Made by a program: the position numbers and the translations under genes | Shown here: in pieces, positions 1 to 11,069 of the stretch | Numbering within the stretch: the first letter of the stretch is position 1 | How the letters are laid out: each line of letters begins with the position of its first letter | Origin: an uncultured virus (IMG/VR IMGVR_UViG_3300008448_009815) | Lineage: Duplodnaviria; Heunggongvirae; Uroviricota; Caudoviricetes | IMG/VR virus record: IMGVR_UViG_3300008448_009815 | Coordinates: 62,001-118,616 of that record | DNA length: 56,616 nt | Strand: one strand, 5' to 3' | Notes under the pieces: model-generated | What the model was told of the DNA's origin: nothing | Databases searched by the model: none | The model's input: only the letters and a program-made list of their open reading frames with translations

Positions 1-1118
1 TCAATAAACAAACAACGTATAATATAATAGGACAACCTAATTATAATTTCTGTGAAGATATTGTAATGTTTAATGATATTAGTAATAACTTCTATTATAG
101 AAGTACTCCATATGCGGATAATATAGGTGAATTTATTGGTGGACCTCAACCAACCATAAGTAACTTCTTCACTAATTTGACAGGATATCAACCACAAGAT
201 GATTCACAAAATACAAGACAAATTCTATTCCCAACTACAATTATGGATTTAGGAAAAAGAGACGAATTTATATCAGAGATTTGTGGGGATCCGGACTTCA
301 GTGGTAAATATTTAGCGAATACAATAAAAAGTACTTCATATCAAGATAGTTCAGATGTATTACAGTTAGCAATAATCTCAAGAATAGTAAACTCAACATT
401 CTTAGAACAAGTACTATCTATCCAAAATGGTGGTATTGAACAATTCTTTAATCGACCTGGAGATAGAATTGATGGAGATATTGCACAATCCTTCTCAATA
501 AATTCGGAATATCAAGTCAATCCGTTTATCGGTGGTAACTATCCTGATGATTATATATGGGTTGCACAAAATACAAATGGGGAACCTGTTTTTGGGATAT
601 TCTATAATACAAGTGAAAACGAATATAGAAATAGGAGAGCATTGTCACCTGGGTATAATATTTACAGTTTCCAAACCAATCCTCCATTACAAACATATAT
701 AGGATACCCTGATACACAAGAAGTTCCATTATATAAATGGAAAATTGACACAAGTAACGCCAATAGTATTTTTGGAAATCAAGACAATACATGGTATACC
801 GATAGTAGTGGTGGTGGTTTTTATAAAAGAGGATATCAAGATTTAGACGCAGTATCGGACGATTATTTTAAGACTTCTGATATGTCTCAGACATTCCCTA
901 ACATTTATTATGGGTTTATTACAAATTTTGCGGTACCGCCAGCACCACCCGCAATACCACCCGCAGTACCACCCGCACAACCTAACCCATCTACCGTATT
1001 ACCATCGGCTAATGGAGTTTTAGTTGGTTCACCAAACCATTTCTATTTTGGATTAAAAAACGGAAAAACCGCATTAAATAGATTTATAAAAATATATATA
1101 GATACAGAATTAGACTAA
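1..1118 (+). CDS. Virion structural protein, 5'-truncated by the window edge
   Basis: Frame is open from base 3 to TAA at 1116-1118. Composition is rich in N/T/G/Y/F with a Pro-rich patch. It is the first gene of an abutting structural cluster. Confidence 0.6.
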   Translation, partial: NKQTTYNIIGQPNYNFCEDIVMFNDISNNFYYRSTPYADNIGEFIGGPQPTISNFFTNLTGYQPQDDSQNTRQILFPTTIMDLGKRDEFISEICGDPDFSGKYLANTIKSTSYQDSSDVLQLAIISRIVNSTFLEQVLSIQNGGIEQFFNRPGDRIDGDIAQSFSINSEYQVNPFIGGNYPDDYIWVAQNTNGEPVFGIFYNTSENEYRNRRALSPGYNIYSFQTNPPLQTYIGYPDTQEVPLYKWKIDTSNANSIFGNQDNTWYTDSSGGGFYKRGYQDLDAVSDDYFKTSDMSQTFPNIYYGFITNFAVPPAPPAIPPAVPPAQPNPSTVLPSANGVLVGSPNHFYFGLKNGKTALNRFIKIYIDTELD

Positions 1119-2866
1119 TGGGTATTGATAACGAAACAAGAATTATTTTAGGATCTCTGAGAAATAAAGTTTCTCCTAATGTTGATATGCTATCTAATAT
1201 AACATTAGAACAGACACAAAGAGAAAATATTGAATTTGATAGAACTGCGGATGTAAATTTACAACAACTTTATATTAATGAAAGGGAAGCGTCTCAAATT
1301 TTTAGACCTACTTGTAAATTTTCATTCATATTTAAAAATAATTATGTTGGATCTACAAACTATACTCCGTTTAAAAATAATATGTTTTATGCAAACGCAA
1401 TACAAAATGCGGTTACCGCAACTGTAAACCCAAATTTACCTTGGGATGGTTATCCTCAGTATTTTGAATTTGATTTTATTAGAACGGATAATAATAATCC
1501 TGGATACACACAACCCCCAAATAATCATTTGACTTTTGTTAATAAAAGTGCGACTACATATAATTGGACTCATTACATGAGTTATGCTTATGATAATAAC
1601 CCAAACAAACAATTAGAAGCGGTTGATCAACAAACAACAACATCTTGGTCGTGGGTGGCATCTGATGGTATCCCATTTATTATTGTTGTTGGAAGTAATG
1701 ACAATACAAGAGTTATATCTTTTAGATGTGTTATGCCACATGGGTTAAATATAGGGGATTATGTTTATTTATCTTTTGATTATTTTGGAGATCAGTTGTT
1801 TTTAGTATCTAGTTTAGGTGATACGGGGTTTGGTAGTGAAGAGTACATTTTCAACATAGACAACATAGGTTATATCGGTACAACATTTAATCAGGGAGTT
1901 ACTGGTACTTTTAAAAAAGTATTGGATGATGCGAATTCAGGGGAAACAATGTCAACTTATTATGTGAGAAGACATAAAATACTCACAAGTTCTGATAACG
2001 CAGTGTTGGTTAAAGCCGGATTTGAACAAAATATATTTACATCAAAAAGTAAGTTAGAACCTGCAGTTTTAACCCCAAATAATCTTGTAAGAACATCTGT
2101 TAAGGAAGGTAATCAATCTTACACATTAACATTTAATTCTGACATTGATATAACAGGATTAATTGATAATCAAAAACGACCTTTAAGTGAATTATACTTC
2201 ACTACTATATGGAAAGGTTATTTTGGGTGGACAAACCCATTAAAGGAAGGATTTACATTCAACCTACCATTAGTTAATAATGAACCTTCACCTTGGTGGG
2301 ATATAAATAATGTATCGTCAGATGCTAATTTACCAATAGGTATTTATTTTAGTCAAACTACACCACCTGTTGGACCTTTTGTTTATAATGAAAATTTACA
2401 AATAGGTGATATAGTTGACGGAGATTACTGTGAATTTAATGCATACAACCAAGAAGAAAGAGTAATATCAAATATTCTACACAAATTTACATTTAACCCA
2501 ACATATTTTAATTTAACTGGTAATACTACATCTAATAATACAAATCAATTAGGATACTATTATCAACCACATAAAACTGTAGTAATCAGAAGATTTTCTG
2601 ATTATATTGAAGAAGGTGATGCTCAATTAATCGTTGGGGTACCCGATTATTCGTTCTATTCAAATTTATCAAATAGTTTTAGATGGAGAGATTTATATCC
2701 TTTTGGATATATTGATGCAAGTGGTATTGGTGTTGACTTCCCATTTATTAATGGAAAACATTATCCGTTTGTTGAAAACATATTTAGATTAATACCTGAA
2801 GGTAGTCAAATTGGTAACCAATTCATAAACGAAATTGCAGAACCTACAATAGATGAGTGTGAATAA
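1118..2866 (+). CDS. Putative virion structural protein (baseplate/tail region), 582 aa
   Basis: Long ORF with TAATG stop/start coupling and beta-rich composition; structural-cluster context. Confidence 0.6.
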   Translation: MGIDNETRIILGSLRNKVSPNVDMLSNITLEQTQRENIEFDRTADVNLQQLYINEREASQIFRPTCKFSFIFKNNYVGSTNYTPFKNNMFYANAIQNAVTATVNPNLPWDGYPQYFEFDFIRTDNNNPGYTQPPNNHLTFVNKSATTYNWTHYMSYAYDNNPNKQLEAVDQQTTTSWSWVASDGIPFIIVVGSNDNTRVISFRCVMPHGLNIGDYVYLSFDYFGDQLFLVSSLGDTGFGSEEYIFNIDNIGYIGTTFNQGVTGTFKKVLDDANSGETMSTYYVRRHKILTSSDNAVLVKAGFEQNIFTSKSKLEPAVLTPNNLVRTSVKEGNQSYTLTFNSDIDITGLIDNQKRPLSELYFTTIWKGYFGWTNPLKEGFTFNLPLVNNEPSPWWDINNVSSDANLPIGIYFSQTTPPVGPFVYNENLQIGDIVDGDYCEFNAYNQEERVISNILHKFTFNPTYFNLTGNTTSNNTNQLGYYYQPHKTVVIRRFSDYIEEGDAQLIVGVPDYSFYSNLSNSFRWRDLYPFGYIDASGIGVDFPFINGKHYPFVENIFRLIPEGSQIGNQFINEIAEPTIDECE

Positions 2867-3671
2867 ATATAAGATAGTAATCCCCGCAAATGACAAACAA
2901 ATTGACATTCCAATTGAACTTAAGTGGGACTTTGGAGGAAGAGATGGTGGTATTGAAGATTATGAAAAAACCATTTTAGGTGAGATAGTTGGAATACCAA
3001 ATGATTTTGAAGTTGATAGATTTTCACATGATAATTACGATATATTAAATGTTTTAAAAACTTCGTTAAATTATGAGTTTTATTTTTATAACGGGCTACC
3101 TCAAAATATACCATCGGCAAATATTTCTAACTATGTGAGTAGTTATACTACAGTTGGGTTTACTGAGAAAGAAATATACTATTATAGTAATCCGTTCACT
3201 AAATCATTTTTTAAATTAGATTTTTATGACACTGCGGATCCAATAAGTCAAAAAATATATTTTACCATAATTTTACCTGTACAACAAGGGTTTACAGAGT
3301 CGGTTTCAATATCTACATTATTACCAAATGTTGATGTTAAAAAACCAACAATGAGATTGGATTTTATTGGTGATAAGGAAGGGTTTTTTATATATTGGTT
3401 AAGAAAGAGAGACTTTATAGATTTAACAGAATTTTATATGTCGGCAAAGTTCTTTAATGGAAGAACAGGGACTTACGCAACTATGGTTAATCAACCACAG
3501 TTCCAAATACCAAATCCGTACACATTTAATGGTGATAATTATTTTTATTATAAAGTTAATTTAAATTATAACAATAAAACTTATCAGGTTTACCGACCTG
3601 ATAATAATGTACAAAGAGTGGGGTTGGAAAATAACCCAATTATTTGGTTTGAATATGTAAATCCTGTATAA
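2853..3671 (+). CDS. Putative virion structural protein, 272 aa
   Basis: Overlaps the upstream gene; aromatic, beta-rich composition; context. Confidence 0.55.
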   Translation: MSVNKYKIVIPANDKQIDIPIELKWDFGGRDGGIEDYEKTILGEIVGIPNDFEVDRFSHDNYDILNVLKTSLNYEFYFYNGLPQNIPSANISNYVSSYTTVGFTEKEIYYYSNPFTKSFFKLDFYDTADPISQKIYFTIILPVQQGFTESVSISTLLPNVDVKKPTMRLDFIGDKEGFFIYWLRKRDFIDLTEFYMSAKFFNGRTGTYATMVNQPQFQIPNPYTFNGDNYFYYKVNLNYNNKTYQVYRPDNNVQRVGLENNPIIWFEYVNPV

Positions 3672-3672
3672 A

Positions 3673-4845
3673 ATGGTTGAGCAAAAGTATTATTTTAAAA
3701 TATCACCCGAAAATATAAAAGGGGATTTAATTACGGTAAATTATACTGGTGGTACTGATTATATTTATGATGTTGATCCTTGTTGCCCAATAACTGCAAT
3801 AACTGAGAATACATTAACAGGATCAACAGGTGTTTATACGGGAATGACATATGTTCTGTCAGGAGCGTCTGGAGGAACATCAATTTTAACAGGATTAACT
3901 ATACCGATTCTCTTAACTCAAACAGGAGTGGATTACGGTTATTATTCTGTTTTTGATGGTGCGATATTACAAAAAGAAGTTATCACCAACTTTATGTTCT
4001 CTGCAACGACAGGTAGTCCATACACCTATTACTTTTATAATACTTCAGATTTAGAGTTAAAAAAGTTTTTAGAATTAACAACATTTAAGGTAGATTGGGG
4101 TGATGGGTCAACAGTTCAGACAATAACAGGAACGGCACCATTATCACATAGTTACCCAATAGGTAATGGTCAGTACACAATAACGATGACTGCGACATCA
4201 CCTTGGGGAATATCCCAAGTATCAAAAACAATAACTGTACCGTTTGTTTTTGTACCTAATTTAGATCCGTTTGGTGTCGCAACATTTACACCTGCGGGTG
4301 GTAATTGGTCGGCAACTTCATTTAATTATGATTATATATTTAGTGGTGATTCTAATACAAATATAGATGATTTCTATAGTTATAATTACACCACAGTACC
4401 ATTCACAATCACAGGATATACCCAATCATCTATAAATGACTTAGCTCAGTATGGACCTAAATATTTATTAGCTGAAGGGAAGTTTAAACCTGGCATTCAA
4501 GTGACAGGAACATCAAATAGTGTTGGTACATATTGGGGTCCTGACCCAAGTGGAACTTATGTTTCATATACGATAGATGGTGTTGATTATTATGACTATC
4601 CTGATGGTACAACATTATATGTAATACAGTCTTCAGGTTTCACTCAAGATGATTTGGTATTGTCGGCATTAACAAAAAATGAGGCATTAATTAATGTCAT
4701 TGATCAACCCGAAATACAGTCCAATATATTCATAGAAAGAGGTAAAATGTCTGCATTAGAATATATTGAAAGACTTGGTGAAGTTGATAATGTTGGTGAC
4801 TTAACCAAATATGGATATGGGTTTTTTAATGTGGAAAAACAATGA
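3673..4845 (+). CDS. Structural protein with PKD/Ig-like domain
   Basis: VDWGDGS...SHSY...YTITMTA matches the PKD signature WDFGDG...H.Y...G.Y.V.L. Confidence 0.65.
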   Translation: MVEQKYYFKISPENIKGDLITVNYTGGTDYIYDVDPCCPITAITENTLTGSTGVYTGMTYVLSGASGGTSILTGLTIPILLTQTGVDYGYYSVFDGAILQKEVITNFMFSATTGSPYTYYFYNTSDLELKKFLELTTFKVDWGDGSTVQTITGTAPLSHSYPIGNGQYTITMTATSPWGISQVSKTITVPFVFVPNLDPFGVATFTPAGGNWSATSFNYDYIFSGDSNTNIDDFYSYNYTTVPFTITGYTQSSINDLAQYGPKYLLAEGKFKPGIQVTGTSNSVGTYWGPDPSGTYVSYTIDGVDYYDYPDGTTLYVIQSSGFTQDDLVLSALTKNEALINVIDQPEIQSNIFIERGKMSALEYIERLGEVDNVGDLTKYGYGFFNVEKQ

Positions 4846-4852
4846 TTTTAAG

Positions 4853-4860
4853 TATTTATA
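4853..4860 (+). promoter_or_regulatory. TATTTATA putative late promoter motif
   Basis: Intergenic; the same motif recurs strand-specifically upstream of many structural genes. Confidence 0.55.
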
Positions 4861-4894
4861 TTTAAAACGATAAACAATATAAAAGATATTAATA

Positions 4895-5803
4895 GTGGCA
4901 ACAGGTAGTTACGGAACAATTAGACCGGCAGATGTTAGTCCTGATGATGTAGACATCATTTTGAATTACACTCCAAGTAGAGACGATACTGATAATTTCG
5001 TTTTAACAAAATTGGATGCAAAAACAATATTACGACCTTATTTTAATAATAACAATACTGGTGGTAATGCGGATGTTGAGATTTTAGGTGGATTATACAA
5101 CTTAAAACTTCCTGCGGATGTATTCAATAAATTAGGGATATATACATTATATATTAGACCGGCAGAGATAAGAACTAGAATTACAGATTGTGGTATTTTA
5201 TCGGCATTACCAAATGTTAAAGGGATTGTTATTGATGTTAATAATGTCCCAACACAATTTAGGAATAATTTTATTAATCAAGGTTTAATTGGATTTAGAG
5301 TTGAATATTTAAATTCTGATGGAACAAAGATACCGAACTTTTTTAGGATGATAACCTCATCTTTTTATTGTGAGCCAGTAATACAAAATCTTACAAATAC
5401 ATCACAAAAATCAATTAGATATAGATATACTGAAGGAACAACTAATTTAATTTTTTGTACGCTTTCACCATCATCATCACCAACTAATAAACCAAACGCA
5501 ACACCATTCATTGGACAACCAAATCAAGATATTGTTATTAGTAATACATATTTTAATCCGGTAACCACTGAAATTGAGATTGTTGAGCACGATATATCAA
5601 CATTGGCACTTGCTCTTTATGGGAATCAAACTAAGTCAATTGATGATGGTATTTACACTATTTACGACAGTGAAAATAATATATACAAACAATACAACTT
5701 ATACGAAATTAGAGATCAGTTTAATGAACTTCTTTATGAAGTTAGACAAGACAGAGGTAATAATATTGATTTTACTAAAAACTTTACAAATATAACAGGA
5801 TAA
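4895..5803 (+). CDS. Putative baseplate/tail structural protein, 302 aa (GTG start)
   Basis: ORF follows the late motif and is coupled to the next gene. Confidence 0.55.
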   Translation: MATGSYGTIRPADVSPDDVDIILNYTPSRDDTDNFVLTKLDAKTILRPYFNNNNTGGNADVEILGGLYNLKLPADVFNKLGIYTLYIRPAEIRTRITDCGILSALPNVKGIVIDVNNVPTQFRNNFINQGLIGFRVEYLNSDGTKIPNFFRMITSSFYCEPVIQNLTNTSQKSIRYRYTEGTTNLIFCTLSPSSSPTNKPNATPFIGQPNQDIVISNTYFNPVTTEIEIVEHDISTLALALYGNQTKSIDDGIYTIYDSENNIYKQYNLYEIRDQFNELLYEVRQDRGNNIDFTKNFTNITG

Positions 5804-8800
5804 TGGCAATTATTAAGTATACTTGCCCACCACAGGCTAGCGGAGAAGGAAGTTTTTCTGACAATCTTGTCGGATTTCAATTAGTTGACGGTGGAGGTTT
5901 TACTCAAGCAAATTTTGAGTTCACTACCAATGTGACCGAAAAAGTTAATAGAAATTTCTCAATTGGATCATTTTCCGATCCAATTTCTTTGGAATCAATG
6001 AATATTACCGATATTGAACAATCAAAATTATTGGTAAATAAAAATTTTCAAGTATACCCAAATTATGATTTAAGTGAAATTACTAATTTTACAATTTATG
6101 GTTCTTTGGCTAAAAGATTTTCAGTATCCATAACTAAAATTATTAATTACTTTCCTGCGGCGTTAGAGATATTTTCATCAACAACAAGATTTGTAACAGG
6201 ACAAACAGTTACAACCTCATCGTATGATGTTATTGAAAATGAGACATATTTTGAAATTCCATTATATCTTATTCGTAATCCGTTTGACATTGATTTTAGT
6301 ATTAATGCAACAAGAAACTTACAATTAAGAGAGATTACAGTATCTCCATTGAGAAATTTAACGGTGGAATACTCAAAATATACGGTTATTATTGATGGGG
6401 TAAATTACCCAATTAATACAGTAGTACCAACAACAGACACAGATACAACATTAAAATTGTATATTGAAGGAAACCCGTTTAATGGACAATCCGAGATTTT
6501 TAAAACAATAATAATAAGACCAACAGACTTCTATGTTAACAAAGTCTTCAATGAGGAGTTTGATCAAGTTGAAAACTTTTTATTAAATAGAGAAATTTCA
6601 CCAAAATATAGTGCTTATTTTAATAAACCAATTGAAAATGATGATGGTACTTATACTATCACTCAAGAAGTTGTAATTTTCCCATTAAGTGGTATTTGGA
6701 ATTTAAGTATTAGTGGTAATGATTTTAATAGTTATCTATTAAAATTAAGTAGTGTTGCGGAAAATTTAGATGAATATAGAACAAATTTAATTTCTAGATT
6801 TTTAACTACAGGTGCGATAAAAGAATTTGATACATCGGATCAAAAAGTAGAAAAAATATTACAAATATATGGTAGAAGTTTTGATGAAACAAAAAAATTC
6901 ATAGGTGCTTTAGCGTATATGAATTCAGTTCATTATACCGTTAAAAATGATATCCCATCACAACTTTTAAAAAATTTAGCACAAACTTTAGGGTGGAAAG
7001 ATAATATTTCACCAATCACTAACGAACAATTATTAGATTCTGTATTCTCAAGTGGGGAAAATACATTTACAGGACTTTCTAAAGGACAAACTCCTGAAGA
7101 AATTAATTATCAATATTATAGAAATTTAATATTAAATTCCGCATATCTATTTAAGTCAAAAGGAACAAGAAAATCAATTGAAATGTTGTTGAGATTGATT
7201 GGTGCTCCTGATGCCATTACCGAATTTAATGAATATGTGTATGTTGCTGATCAGAGAATAAATTTAACTCAATTTGGGGAACAATATACTCAAATATCGG
7301 GAGGTACATATGTACAGGATATACCTGTATTGGATACTACCGACATATATTCAATTATGGGTGTTCAGTATACGGGATTCACAACAAATACTGTAACTCA
7401 AGATATTACAGTAACCAAAGTTGATTACCCTATAGATAGTTTTGGTTATCCAAGTATGCCTGTAGACAGTGATAATTTCTTCTTCCAAATTGGGGGAGGA
7501 TGGATAGAATCTACACCACAACATAGAATGCCGGCACAAGTTGATTTGACGACTAGTGTATTTACAGGTGCAAACCCAAATTATCAAACAACTTTACAAC
7601 CATTCAATTACGGGGAAGAATATTTACAGAGATTTAAACAATTTCCATATATGGATTTAGGTTTTAAATTACGAAAAACTGCGGATAATAAAAAAAGTTG
7701 GGTGGTAAATAATGAAATTATTAGGAGAAGTACTGATGGTGGATTTACAGCTTATTACCCTACTGATGATGATAGATTAGTGTTGAATGTTAAAAATATT
7801 GACATTTTTATGAATCCAGCTCAGGGACTTGTTTACGATGTTTGGAATATGTCACGACAATATAATTACCCAATACCTGAAGAAGGATTGAATTATATTG
7901 CACCAACATACTGTAACCCAAATCCTAACACACCATACCCACAAAGAGGGGGAATAGATTGGACTGAAATTATACCAAAACCAAAACAAAAAACATTTTT
8001 TGAATTTGCTCAAAGTTTTTGGCATAACACAATTAATGTTAGAAATAGACAATTTATTACTGATGGAAAGACGGGAGGTTATCCGACACTTCAGTCAATT
8101 TATTGGAAATATCTTGAATCACTAGAATTGGCGGGAATTAAAAACGACAATTTTACTTATCAGACAATGATAGATTATGTAAATGGTATTGGGGATTATT
8201 GGATTAGATTAATTGAACAAATGGTTCCGGCAACAACAATATGGAATGCCGGTACAAAGTACGAAAATTCAATATTCCACAGGCAAAAATATGTGTGGAG
8301 AAGACAGATGGGTTGTCAATTAGTACTTGTACCTTGTAACCCATGTACATTAGTGGGGCAATTATTTACCTACGATTGTCCAATCCAAACGGTAAGTTGT
8401 TCAGTGTATCCTTGGGATACAAATCCTTATATTAATTCATTTGGTAATGTTCTTGGTGATATGTTAAATGGTTATCTATCATCAAACGGTTTAACATTTG
8501 GTGATTGTGATATGAATACGTTACAAACTACTTGGTATGTGAATGTTAAATTTAATGGAAATGATATTATTAACTACCCATTCTTCAATGGGGTTGGATA
8601 TAATAACCCATTATCTGTACCAAGCGGACAAACTTGGGTTGATGCAATACAAACAAGTTTTGTTGATTTACAAACATATGGGTTAAGTTATTATTTAAAT
8701 GATGATGAAACAAGTTTTACTGTATTTAATAGTACTTGTATCCCATTAAGCGTAGTTCAAAGTTTTGAACTTAATGTTGGAATAAATTTTAATTTACTAT

Positions 8801-8808
8801 GTAACTAA
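5803..8808 (+). CDS. Baseplate wedge-like protein, 1001 aa
   Basis: LLKNLAQTLGW...LFKSKGTRKSIEMLLRLIG resembles the P2 gpI / T4 gp7-type wedge motif (KGT..++..+l.++G). Confidence 0.6.
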   Translation: MAIIKYTCPPQASGEGSFSDNLVGFQLVDGGGFTQANFEFTTNVTEKVNRNFSIGSFSDPISLESMNITDIEQSKLLVNKNFQVYPNYDLSEITNFTIYGSLAKRFSVSITKIINYFPAALEIFSSTTRFVTGQTVTTSSYDVIENETYFEIPLYLIRNPFDIDFSINATRNLQLREITVSPLRNLTVEYSKYTVIIDGVNYPINTVVPTTDTDTTLKLYIEGNPFNGQSEIFKTIIIRPTDFYVNKVFNEEFDQVENFLLNREISPKYSAYFNKPIENDDGTYTITQEVVIFPLSGIWNLSISGNDFNSYLLKLSSVAENLDEYRTNLISRFLTTGAIKEFDTSDQKVEKILQIYGRSFDETKKFIGALAYMNSVHYTVKNDIPSQLLKNLAQTLGWKDNISPITNEQLLDSVFSSGENTFTGLSKGQTPEEINYQYYRNLILNSAYLFKSKGTRKSIEMLLRLIGAPDAITEFNEYVYVADQRINLTQFGEQYTQISGGTYVQDIPVLDTTDIYSIMGVQYTGFTTNTVTQDITVTKVDYPIDSFGYPSMPVDSDNFFFQIGGGWIESTPQHRMPAQVDLTTSVFTGANPNYQTTLQPFNYGEEYLQRFKQFPYMDLGFKLRKTADNKKSWVVNNEIIRRSTDGGFTAYYPTDDDRLVLNVKNIDIFMNPAQGLVYDVWNMSRQYNYPIPEEGLNYIAPTYCNPNPNTPYPQRGGIDWTEIIPKPKQKTFFEFAQSFWHNTINVRNRQFITDGKTGGYPTLQSIYWKYLESLELAGIKNDNFTYQTMIDYVNGIGDYWIRLIEQMVPATTIWNAGTKYENSIFHRQKYVWRRQMGCQLVLVPCNPCTLVGQLFTYDCPIQTVSCSVYPWDTNPYINSFGNVLGDMLNGYLSSNGLTFGDCDMNTLQTTWYVNVKFNGNDIINYPFFNGVGYNNPLSVPSGQTWVDAIQTSFVDLQTYGLSYYLNDDETSFTVFNSTCIPLSVVQSFELNVGINFNLLCN

Positions 8809-11069
8809 TGAGTTGTGGTTTACCATATGTGTATAATTATTTTGTAAGCGGAGATTGCTCTAATATAGGTGCTGGAGTAGTATCATTTGATATTACAGGA
8901 AGTACCGCTCCTCCATATTCTGTAATGGAATTAACCACATCAGGTTTGTTACCGACTTCTGCGTCTACTACTTCATATTATTTTAGTGGTTTAACTGGTG
9001 GTTCATATAGTTTGGAAATTACGGATTCTTGTTTAAGTCCAGGACCTTCATCCGCAATAATAAATTTTAATATATCTACAGGTAGTTGTTTATCAATATC
9101 GTCAACAACAAATACAACTTGTGGTAATAATAACGGATCTTTAACCTCAACATTCTCAGTTGATTATGGGGGTGGAGAAGTTTTTCTATATGAAACAACA
9201 AATGGGTATCAATCAAGTGGTGCAACAACCCTTGGTAGTTATACTTTTAATTCATTATCAGGTGGTACATATTATGTTATCGGAAATGATGGAGGTGGAT
9301 GTACTGGGAAAAGTGAAAGTTGTATTGTAAAATCCTCAACAACGGTTGATTTTGGTGTTTATGTTATAAATGATGGTAGTTGTGTTGCACTTGATGGAAG
9401 TGGGAAGATAATTGTTACAGGACAGACGGGAACATCACCATATACATATAGTTGGAGTAGTAATGCGAATGGACAAACAGGTTCTACAGTTACAGGATTA
9501 ACGAGCGGTGTTTATAGTGTGACTATGACGGATTCGTTAGGATGTTCAAAAACACTAACAAATATTACGGTGAACCAAGTGTTACCTGTTGGTATTGTTA
9601 ATTTTACTATTGTGTCACCAAGTTGTTTCTCAAATGACGGGGAGGTTACAGTCCAACTTACAGGAGGGACATCACCTTTCTATTATTCAGGATCAAATGG
9701 TAGTGTCGCAATTTCATTCTCAGATAGTTATACATTTACGGGGTTATCTTCAGGTGATTTTACTGTTAATGTTACCGATGCTGGATTATGTACTAGCTCA
9801 CAAACAACAACATTATTAACACCTAACGGATTCTCAATTCTTAATCTTAGTACGGTTAATTCAAATTGTAATAATAGTGACGGACAAATTTTTATTGAAT
9901 TAAATGGTGGTTCTAATGTTGGTACATATGTTTACACTTTAATAAATTCTTTAGGTAATACTGTATCTACATCAACTGAAGGTAATAATTATCATTCGCC
10001 ACCATTATCATCGGATACATATACTATTTTGATTAGTGGAGGTTCTTGTGTATTTACCGCAACAACAATAATAAATAATACTAATTTATATACAATTACC
10101 GCAAATACCACAGGTACAACTTGTGGTTTTAATAATGGGACAATACAGATTTTAGCGTCAAGTGGGGGTACACTACCATATACCTATCAAATCACCGGAT
10201 TTCCACCTGGACCCGTATCAACATTTAGTAATTTATCTCCAGGATTTTATGATGTAACTGTAACGGATTCAGGAGGTTGTCAACAAATTGAAACGGTATA
10301 TATTACAGGATCGTCTCCAGTGTATTTTGATTTTTTTGCTACACAACCTATAAGTGGGAATGATGGAGAACTTGATGTATTAATAACAAGTGGGGAGCCA
10401 CCGTTTATTTTAAATTGGAGTTCTAATGTTAATGGACAAACAGGAACTACCGTGACTGGTTTAACTGCGGGAACATATTCATTAGAGGTAATTGATGATA
10501 ATGGATGTGCATTAATTAAAACGATTGAATTATTTGGAACAGTACTATATAGTAGTTATCAAACATATAGAGTATGTTCTAATAATTTCCAAAATAGTGG
10601 TACTCTTGGTAGAAGAGGTATACAACAAATGTTAAATGAAGGTTTCTTTGATTTAACATCGGGAGATACTAATTGTATATTAAATTCTGCTATTTTTACG
10701 CTTGATGTGACAGTAAATGGTGTTAATTCTCAAACCGTATTTTATACATCAACAGGACTTGATGATTACCCAACAGATGAGGAATGGGTTAATGAAATTA
10801 AAACTTCTTTATATGGTTTTTCGGGAATTACTTCGGTTGAAACCAATATTGAAACTAATAAAATAATAATTAAGAGTGGTTGTTTAACTGGAGGCACAAC
10901 TTGTCAACCTACGGTAACAACACAATTGGATGACACAAGAGTAATAATTAATTTGTTAATAGATTATGACATATCTTGTGTGGAATGTGGAGTATATCAA
11001 AAAGTTTTCCAAGACGACTTTGAGTTTGTATTCCAAGATGATAATAGTTATATATTCCAAGGACAGTAA
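8808..11069 (+). CDS. SprB-repeat-like, Cys-rich Ig-repeat surface/virion protein
   Basis: Repeats of C...dG.I.v...GGT.PY.Y.W...GL..G.Y.VTVTD..GC, typical of the Bacteroidota SprB repeat. Confidence 0.75.
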   Translation: MSCGLPYVYNYFVSGDCSNIGAGVVSFDITGSTAPPYSVMELTTSGLLPTSASTTSYYFSGLTGGSYSLEITDSCLSPGPSSAIINFNISTGSCLSISSTTNTTCGNNNGSLTSTFSVDYGGGEVFLYETTNGYQSSGATTLGSYTFNSLSGGTYYVIGNDGGGCTGKSESCIVKSSTTVDFGVYVINDGSCVALDGSGKIIVTGQTGTSPYTYSWSSNANGQTGSTVTGLTSGVYSVTMTDSLGCSKTLTNITVNQVLPVGIVNFTIVSPSCFSNDGEVTVQLTGGTSPFYYSGSNGSVAISFSDSYTFTGLSSGDFTVNVTDAGLCTSSQTTTLLTPNGFSILNLSTVNSNCNNSDGQIFIELNGGSNVGTYVYTLINSLGNTVSTSTEGNNYHSPPLSSDTYTILISGGSCVFTATTIINNTNLYTITANTTGTTCGFNNGTIQILASSGGTLPYTYQITGFPPGPVSTFSNLSPGFYDVTVTDSGGCQQIETVYITGSSPVYFDFFATQPISGNDGELDVLITSGEPPFILNWSSNVNGQTGTTVTGLTAGTYSLEVIDDNGCALIKTIELFGTVLYSSYQTYRVCSNNFQNSGTLGRRGIQQMLNEGFFDLTSGDTNCILNSAIFTLDVTVNGVNSQTVFYTSTGLDDYPTDEEWVNEIKTSLYGFSGITSVETNIETNKIIIKSGCLTGGTTCQPTVTTQLDDTRVIINLLIDYDISCVECGVYQKVFQDDFEFVFQDDNSYIFQGQ

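Noticed and set aside
935..980. Pro/Ala 12-bp-like repeat (VPPAPPAIPPAVPPA)
   Set aside because: An in-frame low-complexity linker explained by the protein sequence.
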